Of a stretch of DNA of 64,000 nt, positions 27,698-37,552 are shown piece by piece (within the stretch, counting starts at the first letter, position 1; each line of letters opens with the position of its first letter). The DNA is from Clostridia bacterium. Its GTDB lineage: Bacteria > Bacillota > Clostridia > Christensenellales > UBA1242. The notes beneath the pieces are model-generated. The model searched no databases, was not told the DNA's origin, and saw only the letters and a list, made by a program, of their open reading frames with translations. Location: the NCBI GenBank assembly GCA_045638465.1, contig JAZUBK010000043.1, positions 8,416 to 72,415 on the forward strand, in the 5' to 3' direction. The position numbers were made by a program, and so were the translations under genes.

Positions 27698-28594
27698 TTA
27701 ATAATCAATATCTTCTGGGCCTGTTTCGTCGTCACCGTCTTCTGCGTATTCGTATTGATAGCCGTTCTCGTCGTACTCGCCTTCTTCATATTCACCATCG
27801 GCGTATTCTTCATCTGCGTATTCATCGTCAGCATAATCTTCTTCGGCATATTCTTCTTCGGCGTACTCTTCGTCGTATTCGCCATCTTCGTATTCGCCGT
27901 CTTCTGCGTACTCATCTTCGGCATATTCTTCTTCTGCAGCTTCGTCTTCTGCATAAGCAGTTTCTTCTTCTGCCTCTTCTGGTTGATACTCTGCAGCGTC
28001 TGATGAATCTGTAGATAGGTGTTTGATTAGTTGTGATGTAATTACATCGATAAGCCATGCACCTTGTTCGCTTGTGTAATCAAAATCTTCTGTAACATAT
28101 TTTGCCAAGATACCGATTGCGCCATAGTAAACATACTCAATAGATTGTTCACTATCATCAACGATATATCCTTCTGCAACACCTTTTTTGCAAATAGCAG
28201 TTAGAAGCTTGATAATGATAGTTTGGCTTTTGCCAAGTAGGTCACTTGCTCTAGCGCTATCTTCTGCGTTTAGGTATGATGCGTAAGTGTTAAATGTCCA
28301 AGGAAGCAACATCCATTTGTTTGATTTCATACAAACCATCATCGCTTTGATCCAAATTTTTAGTGATGGTTCAAATGTAGAAATTTTAAAGCTAGATGAG
28401 AAGAACTTTAACATTTTATTAATGTAAAAAATAATTGCATTGTAGATCATTTCGTCTTTGCTAGTAAAATATTCATAGATGGTACTTTTACCCATTTTAC
28501 ATCTTTTTGCTACTTCTGCAAGAGTGATGGCTTTGTACTCTGTACCTGCGTTTAGCATAGCCAAAACCTCTTTGAAAATAAGTTGTTTTTTCAT
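27698..28594 (-). CDS. TetR/AcrR-family regulator with a 105-aa acidic Tyr-periodic C-terminal tail
   Basis: 298 aa. N-terminal HTH TLAEVAKRCKMGKSTIYEYFTSKDEM. From residue 194 on, only D/E/Y/A/G/T/S/Q/P/N/I occur. Confidence 0.8.
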   Translation of the reverse strand: MKKQLIFKEVLAMLNAGTEYKAITLAEVAKRCKMGKSTIYEYFTSKDEMIYNAIIFYINKMLKFFSSSFKISTFEPSLKIWIKAMMVCMKSNKWMLLPWTFNTYASYLNAEDSARASDLLGKSQTIIIKLLTAICKKGVAEGYIVDDSEQSIEYVYYGAIGILAKYVTEDFDYTSEQGAWLIDVITSQLIKHLSTDSSDAAEYQPEEAEEETAYAEDEAAEEEYAEDEYAEDGEYEDGEYDEEYAEEEYAEEDYADDEYADEEYADGEYEEGEYDENGYQYEYAEDGDDETGPEDIDY

Positions 28595-28618
28595 TGTTTT
28601 CTCCTAAAAAATGATTAT

Positions 28619-28700
28619 CGACCAATTGGTTGGTAAATATTATAAAAAAATGGTTTATCCCAACCAAACTTTACTCTTCCATTATACCGACCTTTTGGTC
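28619..28700. promoter_or_regulatory. Two related palindromes (candidate TetR operators) in the TetR-pyk divergent region
   Basis: CGACCAATTGGTT (28619-28631, core ACCAATTGGT is a perfect 10-bp palindrome) and CGACCTTTTGGTC (28688-28700). An additional TGGTT..AACCA pair lies at 28651-28666. Confidence 0.4.
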
Positions 28701-28831
28701 TTTTGTAAATTAAAATTACAATATTTATCAAAAGAATTGCCCTATTTAGTAGATAAAAAGCAAAAATAAATGTATAATAACATTGTAAAATAATCAAGCC
28801 AAAGAGTCTTTGGCTAAAAGGAAGATATTAT

Positions 28832-30247
28832 ATGCAAAAAACAAAAATTGTTTGCACCATAGGTCCATCTTGCAACAACTACAAAACTTTGGCTCAAATG
28901 CTAAAGGCCGGTATGAGTGTAGCAAGACTAAATATGAGCCATGGCGACGAGTCAAGCCATCAAGAAATCGTTGACCTTGTAAAAAGAGTAAGAGAAGAAT
29001 TAGAGATTCCATGTGCCATCATGCTAGACACTCGTGGCCCAGAAGTTAGAATCGGCCAATTCAAAGACGGTAAAGTTACTCTAAAAAAAGGCAAAACATT
29101 TTTCTTCACTTCTAGAAAAATCAAAGGTGATGAAAATGGCGTTTCTTTGAGATTCCCTAAACTTGTAAAATTAGCGAAAAAGGGTATGCACATTTTAGCA
29201 AACAATGGTTTGCTTGACCTAAAGATTACAAACGTTACTGAAACAGATATTATTTGTAAAATAGTAACTGGTGGCGTACTATCAAATAACAAAAGTATTG
29301 CCCTACCACACGTTCCGCTAGATGTTCCTTATCTTAGTGATATAGACAAAACACATCTTGACTTTGCAGTAAAAAACAACCTAGAAATAATTGCTTGTTC
29401 TTTTGTTAACAAAGCAGACGATATCTTAGCCGTAAGAAAATATTTGCATAAACGTGGCGGAGACAAAATCGACCTTGTTGCAAAAATCGAAAGTCTAGAA
29501 GGCATCAAACAATTAGATGATATCATCGAAGTTTCTGATGGGATAATGGTTGCCCGTGGCGATATGGGATCAGAAGTTCCTATGGAACAAATACCATCTA
29601 TTCAAAAAATGATGGTAAGCAAAACAGTTAGCCGTTCTAAATATGTAATCGTTGCAACTGAGATGCTAGAGTCTATGATAGAAAAACGCCGTCCAACTAG
29701 AGCAGAAACAACAGACGTTGCAAATGCAATTTATGACAACACATCAGCAACTATGCTATCTGGCGAAACTGCAAGTGGTTTGTATCCAATAGAGGCTGTA
29801 ACTGCTATGGCAAACATTGCAAAAGCCACTGAAAAAGTTATTGATTATAGCAAAGCTTTTTCTAGTAAACAACTACCAAAATACAACACTCGTAACGCCA
29901 TTGCTTTTTCTGCGGTAGCTACTGCAAACGCACTTGGTGCAAAAGCAATTCTTTGTTTTTCTCATGAGGGAAATAGTGCAAAAGCAATTTCTAGCTTCCG
30001 TCCAGCCGCAAAGATTGTTGCTATAACAAACACTCCTGCTGTTGTACACAAAATGTCAATTTGCTGGGGTATAACTCCTGTACTTTGCGAAACTATCCAT
30101 AACACTGACGATATGTTTAGAAGAGCAAATGATATCGCAAAAAATCTAAAGGTTGCAATGCCTGGAGATACAATAATTATCACATCTGGTGTACCTGTAA
30201 ACAATATGGGTAAAACAAATCTTATCAAAGTACACATTGTAGAATAA
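28832..30247 (+). CDS. pyk: Pyruvate kinase
   Basis: 471 aa. KIVCTIGP, MSVARLNMSHG, MVARGDMG, ATEMLESM are canonical PK motifs. Confidence 0.9.
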   Translation: MQKTKIVCTIGPSCNNYKTLAQMLKAGMSVARLNMSHGDESSHQEIVDLVKRVREELEIPCAIMLDTRGPEVRIGQFKDGKVTLKKGKTFFFTSRKIKGDENGVSLRFPKLVKLAKKGMHILANNGLLDLKITNVTETDIICKIVTGGVLSNNKSIALPHVPLDVPYLSDIDKTHLDFAVKNNLEIIACSFVNKADDILAVRKYLHKRGGDKIDLVAKIESLEGIKQLDDIIEVSDGIMVARGDMGSEVPMEQIPSIQKMMVSKTVSRSKYVIVATEMLESMIEKRRPTRAETTDVANAIYDNTSATMLSGETASGLYPIEAVTAMANIAKATEKVIDYSKAFSSKQLPKYNTRNAIAFSAVATANALGAKAILCFSHEGNSAKAISSFRPAAKIVAITNTPAVVHKMSICWGITPVLCETIHNTDDMFRRANDIAKNLKVAMPGDTIIITSGVPVNNMGKTNLIKVHIVE

Positions 30248-30254
30248 AAAATAA

Positions 30255-30281
30255 AGAGTAGTTTATCACTACTCTTTTTTT
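30255..30281. terminator. Bidirectional intrinsic terminator
   Basis: Stem agagtagt / actactct with a 5-nt loop, followed by a T-run. Confidence 0.7.
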
Positions 30282-30302
30282 ATTTTTTACTTAAAGATTC
30301 TC

Positions 30303-31097
30303 TTATGCTTTATATAGTTTTGACACTACCCACATAACAAAACGTGTAGGAAGGAATCTTTGGATAAAGCACAAGAATCTATAACTACCACCTGCCACTA
30401 CTTGGTATGGTGGATTTTTTCTTTGTGCTACTTTATATATTTTCTTTGCCACCACTATTGGTTCAAGGCCTTTTTCTTCGTCCTGTTCCATTTTTGAGAT
30501 AGAGGCAGACTCTTTGATAAAGTAAGGAGACTTACTATCAACTTTTCTTTCTCTACTAGCAGAAAAACCAGTCTTGATATCACCAGGCAAAACGTTACAT
30601 ACTTTGATATTAAAGTCTTTTAGTTCCAATCTCAAAGCCTTCGCCCAGGTATCAAGCGCAGATTTACTTGCAGAATAAAAAGCTTGATAAGGAATAGGGA
30701 ATACACTAGCAACAGAGCTTGTGTTGATAATCATGCCACCCGATTGTTTACGCATATGCGGTAGTACTTCTTGGGTCATATTTACAGCGCCAAAGAAATT
30801 AACTTTAAATTGTTTTTCGGCAAGTTCAATATCAGTAGTTTCGATAGCACCCGCAATACCCATACCTGCGTTATTTATCAAAACATCAATTTTGCCTTCT
30901 AGTTTTATTACAAAATCCACAATCTCTTTTACAACTTTTTTGTCGGTTATATCACCTAGCACCGGAGATACTCCCTCTATATCAAAGTCTCTACGAGCAA
31001 CGCCATATACTTTGTAGCCGTGTGTTGCAAAATATATTGCAGTCTCTCTGCCTATGCCACTTGATGCGCCAGTAATAAGCGCTACTTTTTTGTCCAT
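30303..31097 (-). CDS. SDR-family oxidoreductase
   Basis: 264 aa. TGASSGIG cofactor motif, NNAG, YSASK catalytic motif. Confidence 0.85.
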   Translation of the reverse strand: MDKKVALITGASSGIGRETAIYFATHGYKVYGVARRDFDIEGVSPVLGDITDKKVVKEIVDFVIKLEGKIDVLINNAGMGIAGAIETTDIELAEKQFKVNFFGAVNMTQEVLPHMRKQSGGMIINTSSVASVFPIPYQAFYSASKSALDTWAKALRLELKDFNIKVCNVLPGDIKTGFSASRERKVDSKSPYFIKESASISKMEQDEEKGLEPIVVAKKIYKVAQRKNPPYQVVAGGSYRFLCFIQRFLPTRFVMWVVSKLYKA

Positions 31098-31151
31098 AAT
31101 TTTCCCTTTTTTATAAAAAGCGACTTAATAACCTAAGTCGCTTTTTTGTTA

Positions 31152-32717
31152 TTATTGTTGTTTGTTATCGTTTTTGCGTTGTTGTCTATCTCTTCTGATT
31201 TGTTCTCTTGCGATTTCTCTGTCGCTAAGTGGAGTAACGATTGCTCCTGATTTGAACCATTTATATAGATAAACACCACCAATAATAAGTACTGCAACAC
31301 CTACTACGATAATAAGTGTCCACATCATACGAGTTGTGCTTGTATTTTCGATAAAGATATATGCTTCTTCTGAAGTAAGGCCATCGATTGTTGCTTGTGC
31401 ATAAATGATATATTTACCGCTTTCTTCTACTTCAATATAGTTACCATCAGAATAATCAGTGTCGGCAAATCTAATTTGTACCAAAGCACCTTCTGGAGCC
31501 ATGGCAATTACTTTAAATGTGCCTTTTACTCTTTCTGGGTTTTTGTCTTGAATTTTGCCATCAATTTCTACTTTTATAGTAGGCATATCTGGGTAAACAT
31601 CAACTCTTTGAGCAGTAAAACCTTCTGTATACTCTGTGCCGTCATTGTAATATCTGATAATTAATCTACCAGTTGGAAGAATTAATCTTCCGTCTGCACC
31701 AGATTCTGATGCTAAAGTTTCTACGCCACCTACAGCAAAATCACTTTCTGCTCTATAAAAAGCTTTTGCAGTGATTAGTTCGTCTGCGGCAAAACCTTCT
31801 GTTGCAAGGTCAGGAGTAATTCTGATATATGTGTTATTAACAAATTTTACAGCTCCACTGCTTTTTTTGATACCTTGAACCAAAAGACTTACTTTATGAC
31901 CTTCAAATTGTTCATTTGCTTCTACAATATTTTCTTTTGTTACATCTGTCAAAAAGTTATTTGCAAGATAAACATACACTTCTGTAGTAGCCGCATTTGG
32001 CATAGTGATTTGTGCAACGTCTTCGATTAGGTTATTTTCTAGATGAGCTACTGCGTATGGCTCTCCGATGCTCTTTTTAGTCAAATAAGAAAGATCAATA
32101 GCTTTAAGCTCATTTCCAGAAAAATCTACATTACAAATTTTTGAAGTAGTAGGAAGTGTAACTGATGTTAAACCATTATTTTTTACAGAGATTGTATTTA
32201 GGTTAGGAAACTCAAGTAGCATATAGCTATCTATTGTTGGAATTTCGTGACCATCTAAGATAAGAGTAGTAAGATTTGTACAACCTCTCAAATATTCTAT
32301 ACCGTCAATGTTTGTGATTTTTCCTCTGATATTTGTAAGCAAGTCATCTTCTGATGTGTTGTCATAAAAGTTTAGTGTGATATCAGGACCAGATGGTGCA
32401 ATAAATGTTACGCTTACTTTGTCTTTAGTCAAATCAAGAACCTTTACAGGGGCAAGGTCACCAGCAAGTAACTTATTATCATTACTACCTGTATATTCTA
32501 TTTTGATTTGTTGAGCGATAGTCTTTAGGGCGGTATACAAATTTTCGTCCATAAAGTGCTCAGCAAGTGTTAATTCTGTATCTACTGTTACAACAGGTAC
32601 GTCCTCTCCGTCGTCTGCTGTTTCTGCGTATGCTTTTCTTCCGCCAAAGCCCATAGCAAACAAACTAAGTACTAGCGCAAGTGCAAAACTACATAGGCAA
32701 ATAATCTTTTTCTTCAT
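31152..32717 (-). CDS. Leucine-rich-repeat surface protein with signal peptide and C-terminal TM anchor
   Basis: 521 aa. LRR units (LTTLILDGHEI, NLNTISVKNNGLTSV, DFSGNELKAIDLSYL), hydrophobic helix WTLIIVVGVAVLIIGGVYLY, then a basic tail. Confidence 0.7.
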   Translation of the reverse strand: MKKKIICLCSFALALVLSLFAMGFGGRKAYAETADDGEDVPVVTVDTELTLAEHFMDENLYTALKTIAQQIKIEYTGSNDNKLLAGDLAPVKVLDLTKDKVSVTFIAPSGPDITLNFYDNTSEDDLLTNIRGKITNIDGIEYLRGCTNLTTLILDGHEIPTIDSYMLLEFPNLNTISVKNNGLTSVTLPTTSKICNVDFSGNELKAIDLSYLTKKSIGEPYAVAHLENNLIEDVAQITMPNAATTEVYVYLANNFLTDVTKENIVEANEQFEGHKVSLLVQGIKKSSGAVKFVNNTYIRITPDLATEGFAADELITAKAFYRAESDFAVGGVETLASESGADGRLILPTGRLIIRYYNDGTEYTEGFTAQRVDVYPDMPTIKVEIDGKIQDKNPERVKGTFKVIAMAPEGALVQIRFADTDYSDGNYIEVEESGKYIIYAQATIDGLTSEEAYIFIENTSTTRMMWTLIIVVGVAVLIIGGVYLYKWFKSGAIVTPLSDREIAREQIRRDRQQRKNDNKQQ

Positions 32718-32856
32718 ATTTCACCTCAATTATAATCTTTGATACAAAAATTATATCATTATTATTTATTTTTAGTCAACTAATGGAATAAAATAGTTAA
32801 CAAAAAAAGAATTAGAAATAAATTTTCTAACTCTTTTTTTATGTTTTTTCTAAATT

Positions 32857-33477
32857 TTAAAATCTCTTTTTTCTTTCTCTGCTGTTTCTTAGAGAAACTC
32901 TTAGTTTATAGAAGATACCAAGTTCTTTTTTCGCAAGGTCTTTTACGTCGTCAAAGTCCTCAATTTTTCTTTCCAAAGTTTGTTTGAAAAGAGGCTCATT
33001 GCGGAATCTATAACGAAAGTTTTTCATACGCATAATAGCATATTTGTTAGCATCTCTTTCGATAGGTTGCATAGAATAGAAAGAATACTTATCAGATTCG
33101 CCATTAACATAACCTTGGAAGTTCTTTTTCCATTTGTATGCCCTACTAAATCTTCTTACCTTTTTACCGCCATAGCAAAGGTGATGTTGGAAAGCGTGTC
33201 TGCCTTCGTGAAACAATGTGGCCATACCAAAGAATCTTAGGTTGTTTTCATATACAAATTTTGAATTAAGCTCAATAGTGTTGCTACTGTTCAAAAATTG
33301 ACCGTTCATATTTGGGTTTTCTTCCCATACTTTTGCAACAACCATACATGCTGGTCTACCAAGTTTTTTTGCTTGGATATTCTCTAGTTTTTGGAAAACA
33401 TTAAGTCTTTTTTGAGGATTTAGTCTTCTCCATTTTCTTTCTTTGAATTTGTTATAGGTAAAAAATCTAAAAAACAT
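32857..33477 (-). CDS. Small basic HExxH protein (putative Zn-metallopeptidase-like), unknown family
   Basis: 206 aa. LFHEGRHAFQHH contains HExxH plus downstream His. No signal peptide seen. Confidence 0.4.
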   Translation of the reverse strand: MFFRFFTYNKFKERKWRRLNPQKRLNVFQKLENIQAKKLGRPACMVVAKVWEENPNMNGQFLNSSNTIELNSKFVYENNLRFFGMATLFHEGRHAFQHHLCYGGKKVRRFSRAYKWKKNFQGYVNGESDKYSFYSMQPIERDANKYAIMRMKNFRYRFRNEPLFKQTLERKIEDFDDVKDLAKKELGIFYKLRVSLRNSRERKKRF

Positions 33478-33618
33478 ATTTTAATCTCCTGCTTTTATAC
33501 TAACATTTTTTTATTTAATAGTCAAAAGATTTACAATTTATAATAAGATTTTTCATTTTTCTGTTTACATTTTTTGGGTTTTCAAGTATACTTACCAAGC
33601 AAAAAAGAGGTTTGTTTA

Positions 33619-34647
33619 ATGAAAAAATATAAAAATGATATTATCAACATTTTATTCATTGTCTTAGGAACTGTGGTTATGGCTTTTGCCTTTAACGTCT
33701 TTTTGTTTCCTAATGACATTTCACCAAGTGGATTCTCTGGTCTTTCTGCTATTTTGTCTATACTACTTGCCCAAATCGGCATCAATATTCCAACATCAGT
33801 AATTTATTTGCTACTAAACGCAGTGCTATATGTCATAGCCTACAGACTCCTTGGCAAAAAGTTTGCCCTTATGGCTTTGATTGGCATTTTGTCATTTTCT
33901 GTTGCCCTAGAACTTATTGCCCTTATCCCACTGGTTGTTGAGGAGGACTTGCTTGTGTGCGCAATTTATGGTGCGGGAATTATGGGACTTGGCACTGGTC
34001 TTGTACTAAGAAACAATGGTTCAACAGGTGGCAGTGATTTACTTGCCCTAATTATCCGTAGTAAAACTCAAGTTTTGACTACAGGCCAAATAATGATGGC
34101 TTTAAATATCGTCGTTTTGGCTCTTAGCTGTATCACATACGGCTTTGGACCACTTATGTATTCTATCATAACATTGGCACTTTCTTCTGTCGTAACCGAC
34201 CTTGTAATAGATGGCGCAACTGGTGTTAGAGCTTACTACGTGTTTACAACAAAGAAAGAAGAAGTTTGTGCTGCAATTTATCAGCAAATAGGCAGAGGTG
34301 TAACTCAAATAAAAGCAGAAGGTATGTATACTCACACAGAAAGAGACATTTTACTTTGCCTTCTAAACAAATACCGTGCTCCATTGCTAAAACATATCGT
34401 TCACAAAATAGATAATGAGGCATTTGTTTTCTGCACACCTGTTAGCGAAGTTATTGGCAGAGGGTTTAGCGTTCCAGTAAAGAAAAATAAAGCAAAAGAA
34501 CTTGCAGACAATATCCATGCAACCACTCAAAAAGCAAACGAAACAAATACACAAGCCTCAGAAAATATGCCTCAAGAAAACACAAAAACAGAAAAAGAAA
34601 CAAAACCAAGCCCAAGAAAAAAAGCCCCAACCACAAAAAACAAATGA
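33619..34647 (+). CDS. YitT-family membrane protein (DUF2179 C-domain) with a Lys/Thr-rich tail
   Basis: ORF 33574..34647. Preferred start is ATG 33619 (RBS AAGAGG). NVFLFPNDISPSGFSGLS and NGSTGGSDLLA are YitT hallmarks. Confidence 0.7.
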   Translation: MKKYKNDIINILFIVLGTVVMAFAFNVFLFPNDISPSGFSGLSAILSILLAQIGINIPTSVIYLLLNAVLYVIAYRLLGKKFALMALIGILSFSVALELIALIPLVVEEDLLVCAIYGAGIMGLGTGLVLRNNGSTGGSDLLALIIRSKTQVLTTGQIMMALNIVVLALSCITYGFGPLMYSIITLALSSVVTDLVIDGATGVRAYYVFTTKKEEVCAAIYQQIGRGVTQIKAEGMYTHTERDILLCLLNKYRAPLLKHIVHKIDNEAFVFCTPVSEVIGRGFSVPVKKNKAKELADNIHATTQKANETNTQASENMPQENTKTEKETKPSPRKKAPTTKNK

Positions 34648-34735
34648 GCAAACTAAAATAAACTAGAATATAAAAAAATAAAATGTTAATAATTAAAAAA
34701 TTCAGTTTGACCATTTATCAATATATACAAAAAAA

Positions 34736-34760
34736 CAGCGAAAACGGATTCGCTGTTTTT
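34736..34760. terminator. Bidirectional intrinsic terminator
   Basis: Stem cagcgaa (34736-34742) / ttcgctg (34749-34755), flanked by an A-run and a T-run. Confidence 0.7.
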
Positions 34761-34794
34761 ATTTTTTTGATTTACTTTGTTATGTGTTTTTAAC

Positions 34795-35637
34795 CTACCT
34801 CAATGGAGCGTCACAGTTTTTGCATTTGCTAGAAGAAAAATCATTTGATGTATTACAATATGGACATCTTATTGTAAGTTCACTTTCTTCTGTATTTTGT
34901 GGCACATACTCTGGGCCTATCTCTGACTCTAAACCTTGTTGGGAAGTTGGCTCTTCTTGTGTAGGTTGCTCTTGAGGATTTTTATATCCGGCAACAGCTC
35001 TTTGAGTTGCGGCTATTTTTTCATTTAACTCCTCTTTTGCATTTTTATGTTCTCTTACCGCCCATTTACCATTTAGTACGATAAGGGTTGTTAATACTGC
35101 AATAAATATACCAACAACCAAGAATGCTACCCACATATTTTCGGCAAGAGTAGTTTTTTCAAGCTCATATAATCCGTTTTCAGTTTGCATCTTCACATTT
35201 CCTACACCACTTACTTTATCCCAATTTTCGCCAATAATTTTTACAGTAAATGTATATCTTACTTCGCCGTTTTTTGTGGTTTTTTTGAAATTAGAAACCT
35301 CGGCTGTTGGAACTGGAATAGCTGAATTTTCGCTATAGTCTACTTTAAAAGCAATCGCATCACCATATTTTTGTTCTCTATCAACTACCGTTATATGATA
35401 TGTGGCCTCTTCAACGTGGATTTCTTCTTTTACATAATAAACGAACTCACCTGGGTGTTTTGATTGGTTAACAAGCATAACCAAGGCAAATATTAACGTA
35501 GCTACAAAAAAACCTAAGAAAAACATAATGAATATGTGTAGGTTTCTTTTTTGTTTTGGTTCGGTTATTTCTTTTCCGTTCACGGTCATTCTGTTGCCAT
35601 CGCCCAATCTTGTTGCTGACCTTATTTTTATTTTCAT
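34795..35637 (-). CDS. Two-TM membrane protein with an extracytoplasmic ~130-aa domain and a C-terminal zinc ribbon
   Basis: 280 aa. TM1 LHIFIMFFLGFFVATLIFALVML, TM2 WVAFLVVGIFIAVLTTLIVL, C-terminal CPYC...CKNC. Confidence 0.55.
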   Translation of the reverse strand: MKIKIRSATRLGDGNRMTVNGKEITEPKQKRNLHIFIMFFLGFFVATLIFALVMLVNQSKHPGEFVYYVKEEIHVEEATYHITVVDREQKYGDAIAFKVDYSENSAIPVPTAEVSNFKKTTKNGEVRYTFTVKIIGENWDKVSGVGNVKMQTENGLYELEKTTLAENMWVAFLVVGIFIAVLTTLIVLNGKWAVREHKNAKEELNEKIAATQRAVAGYKNPQEQPTQEEPTSQQGLESEIGPEYVPQNTEESELTIRCPYCNTSNDFSSSKCKNCDAPLR

Positions 35638-35770
35638 AATGTCGCTCCTTTTTTATGCTTTGAGTATAACACATTAATACAAAAATTAAAAGTTATTTTG
35701 GGTCTTATGTTTGCCTAAAATATTTGTTATTAAAATTAATTTTTGCTAAACTATACTTAGGAGAAAAAAT

Positions 35771-36442
35771 ATGTTTAGTATTTTAGTTGTTGAAGACGAT
35801 GTAAACCTTAATAAACTTATGTGCTCTGTTTTGACCCAAAACGGATACAAAACATACCCTTGTCACAACGCAGATAAAGCACTAGAAAGATTTGGGGACA
35901 ACTACATTGATCTTGTTATCTCAGATATAATGATGCCAGGCAAAGATGGTTACGAACTAGCAAAAGAAATAAGAACAAAAAATAGCGAAGTTCCTATTTT
36001 GTTTGTTACTGCAAAAGAATCTATCGAAGACAAAGAAAAAGGCTTTGATATCGGCATAGATGATTATATGGTAAAACCTATTGACCTCAGCGAACTTATG
36101 CTACGTGTAAAAGCCCTTCTTCGCAGAGCTAAGATAATCAACGAAAGGCAATTAACAATCGGCAAGACAAGACTTGACTATGATAGCCTAAAAGTTCATC
36201 GTGACGGCAAGATTATAGAGCTTCCACAAAAAGAATTCTTGATTTTGTACAAGCTCCTTTCCTTCCCTGACAAAATTTTTACCAGAGCCCAAATAATGGA
36301 AGAGTTTTGGCCAGGAGATAGCGACAGCTTGGAGCGTACAGTCGATGTACATATCACAAGAATAAGAGAAAAATTAAACGACAACCCAGACTTTGAAATA
36401 ATCACTGTTAGAGGTCTAGGATATAAGGCGACAATAAAATGA
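35771..36442 (+). CDS. OmpR-family response regulator
   Basis: 223 aa. Receiver DD...D(LVISDIMMPG)...K, and a C-terminal winged helix (VDVHITRIREKL...VRGLGYK). Confidence 0.85.
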   Translation: MFSILVVEDDVNLNKLMCSVLTQNGYKTYPCHNADKALERFGDNYIDLVISDIMMPGKDGYELAKEIRTKNSEVPILFVTAKESIEDKEKGFDIGIDDYMVKPIDLSELMLRVKALLRRAKIINERQLTIGKTRLDYDSLKVHRDGKIIELPQKEFLILYKLLSFPDKIFTRAQIMEEFWPGDSDSLERTVDVHITRIREKLNDNPDFEIITVRGLGYKATIK

Positions 36443-37515
36443 AAAACAAAAACCAACTAAAAGATAAAAAATCGCAAACTTGGGTATTTACACAACTAGT
36501 AGGGTTATCTTTGCTAACTATCGTAATGTCAATTTTGTTTTTGATAGTAACTACTGCAATATTTAGCCAATTTGATATTTTTAACCTAAACGCCCTTGTT
36601 AATAACGGATTTTTCTATGTAATCATATTTATAGCGTTTGTTATATCAACGGTTATTTCTATCTTTATCCTAAGGGAATTTTCAAAACCTCTTAGCAATC
36701 TTTCGGACGCAGCAATGCAAGTTGCCCAAGGGAATTTTGAGATCAAACTAGAAAGACCAAAAAAACGCAACGGCAAAAGCCCTAAAAAATCTGAAATTGA
36801 TATGGTTTATGATAGTTTCAACAAAATGGTCAACGAACTAAAACAAAACGAAATGTTCAAAACTGACTTTATCTCAAACGTATCACACGAAATGAAAACT
36901 CCCCTTGCAACAATCCAAGGCTATGCGACTTTGCTACAAAACGAAAAACTAACAAAAAAAGAAAAACAAGAGTATCTATCTACAATAATCACAGCAACAA
37001 AACAGTTAACTACTCTTACAACCAATATCCTAAAACTATCTAAACTAGAAAACCAAAGCATCTTTATTGAGCCTAAAGAATACAACCTTGCAGAACAAAT
37101 ACGTAGAGTAATTTTGTCACTAGAGGGACTATGGAATAGCAAAGAGATTGACTTTAATATCGACGTTGACGAAATCTCTGCAAAACTAGATGAGTCTTTG
37201 GTTGAACAAGTATGGAAAAACTTAATAGAAAACGCAATTAAATTTTCACCTCAAAAAGGCAAAATAGATATCTTGCTAAAGCAAGACGAATCTCATATAA
37301 TAGCCACCATAAAAGACAATGGTATAGGCATGTCAGAAAACACCAAAAAGCACCTGTTTGATAAATTCTATCAAGGCGACAACTCACACTCAAAAGAAGG
37401 CAACGGCCTTGGTCTTGCCTTAGTAAAAAAGATAATAGATATCCACAACGCAGAAATAACAGTCGAAAGCGAAGTTGGTATTGGCTCAACCTTTATAATC
37501 AAATTCAAAAAATAA
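36439..37515 (+). CDS. Sensor histidine kinase (HisKA/HATPase_c)
   Basis: 358 aa. 4-nt overlap with the RR gene. Two TMs, H-box SNVSHEMKTPL, N-box, DNGIGM, GNGLGL. Confidence 0.85.
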   Translation: MKNKNQLKDKKSQTWVFTQLVGLSLLTIVMSILFLIVTTAIFSQFDIFNLNALVNNGFFYVIIFIAFVISTVISIFILREFSKPLSNLSDAAMQVAQGNFEIKLERPKKRNGKSPKKSEIDMVYDSFNKMVNELKQNEMFKTDFISNVSHEMKTPLATIQGYATLLQNEKLTKKEKQEYLSTIITATKQLTTLTTNILKLSKLENQSIFIEPKEYNLAEQIRRVILSLEGLWNSKEIDFNIDVDEISAKLDESLVEQVWKNLIENAIKFSPQKGKIDILLKQDESHIIATIKDNGIGMSENTKKHLFDKFYQGDNSHSKEGNGLGLALVKKIIDIHNAEITVESEVGIGSTFIIKFKK

Positions 37516-37549
37516 AAAAAGAAGTGGCAAATTCCACTTCTTTTTTTTT
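37516..37549. terminator. Bidirectional intrinsic terminator
   Basis: Stem gaagtgg (37521-37527) / ccacttc (37534-37540), flanked by an A-run and a T9 run. Confidence 0.75.
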
Positions 37550-37552
37550 GTA

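Noticed and set aside
27670-28003. ORFs 27670..27954 (-) and 27755..28003 (+) overlapping the TetR 3' region
   Set aside because: They are alternative-frame or antisense readings of the GAA/GAT/TAC-rich acidic repeat. They give low-complexity products (Lys/Thr/Asn-rich or Phe/Ile/Val-rich) and have no independent start signals.
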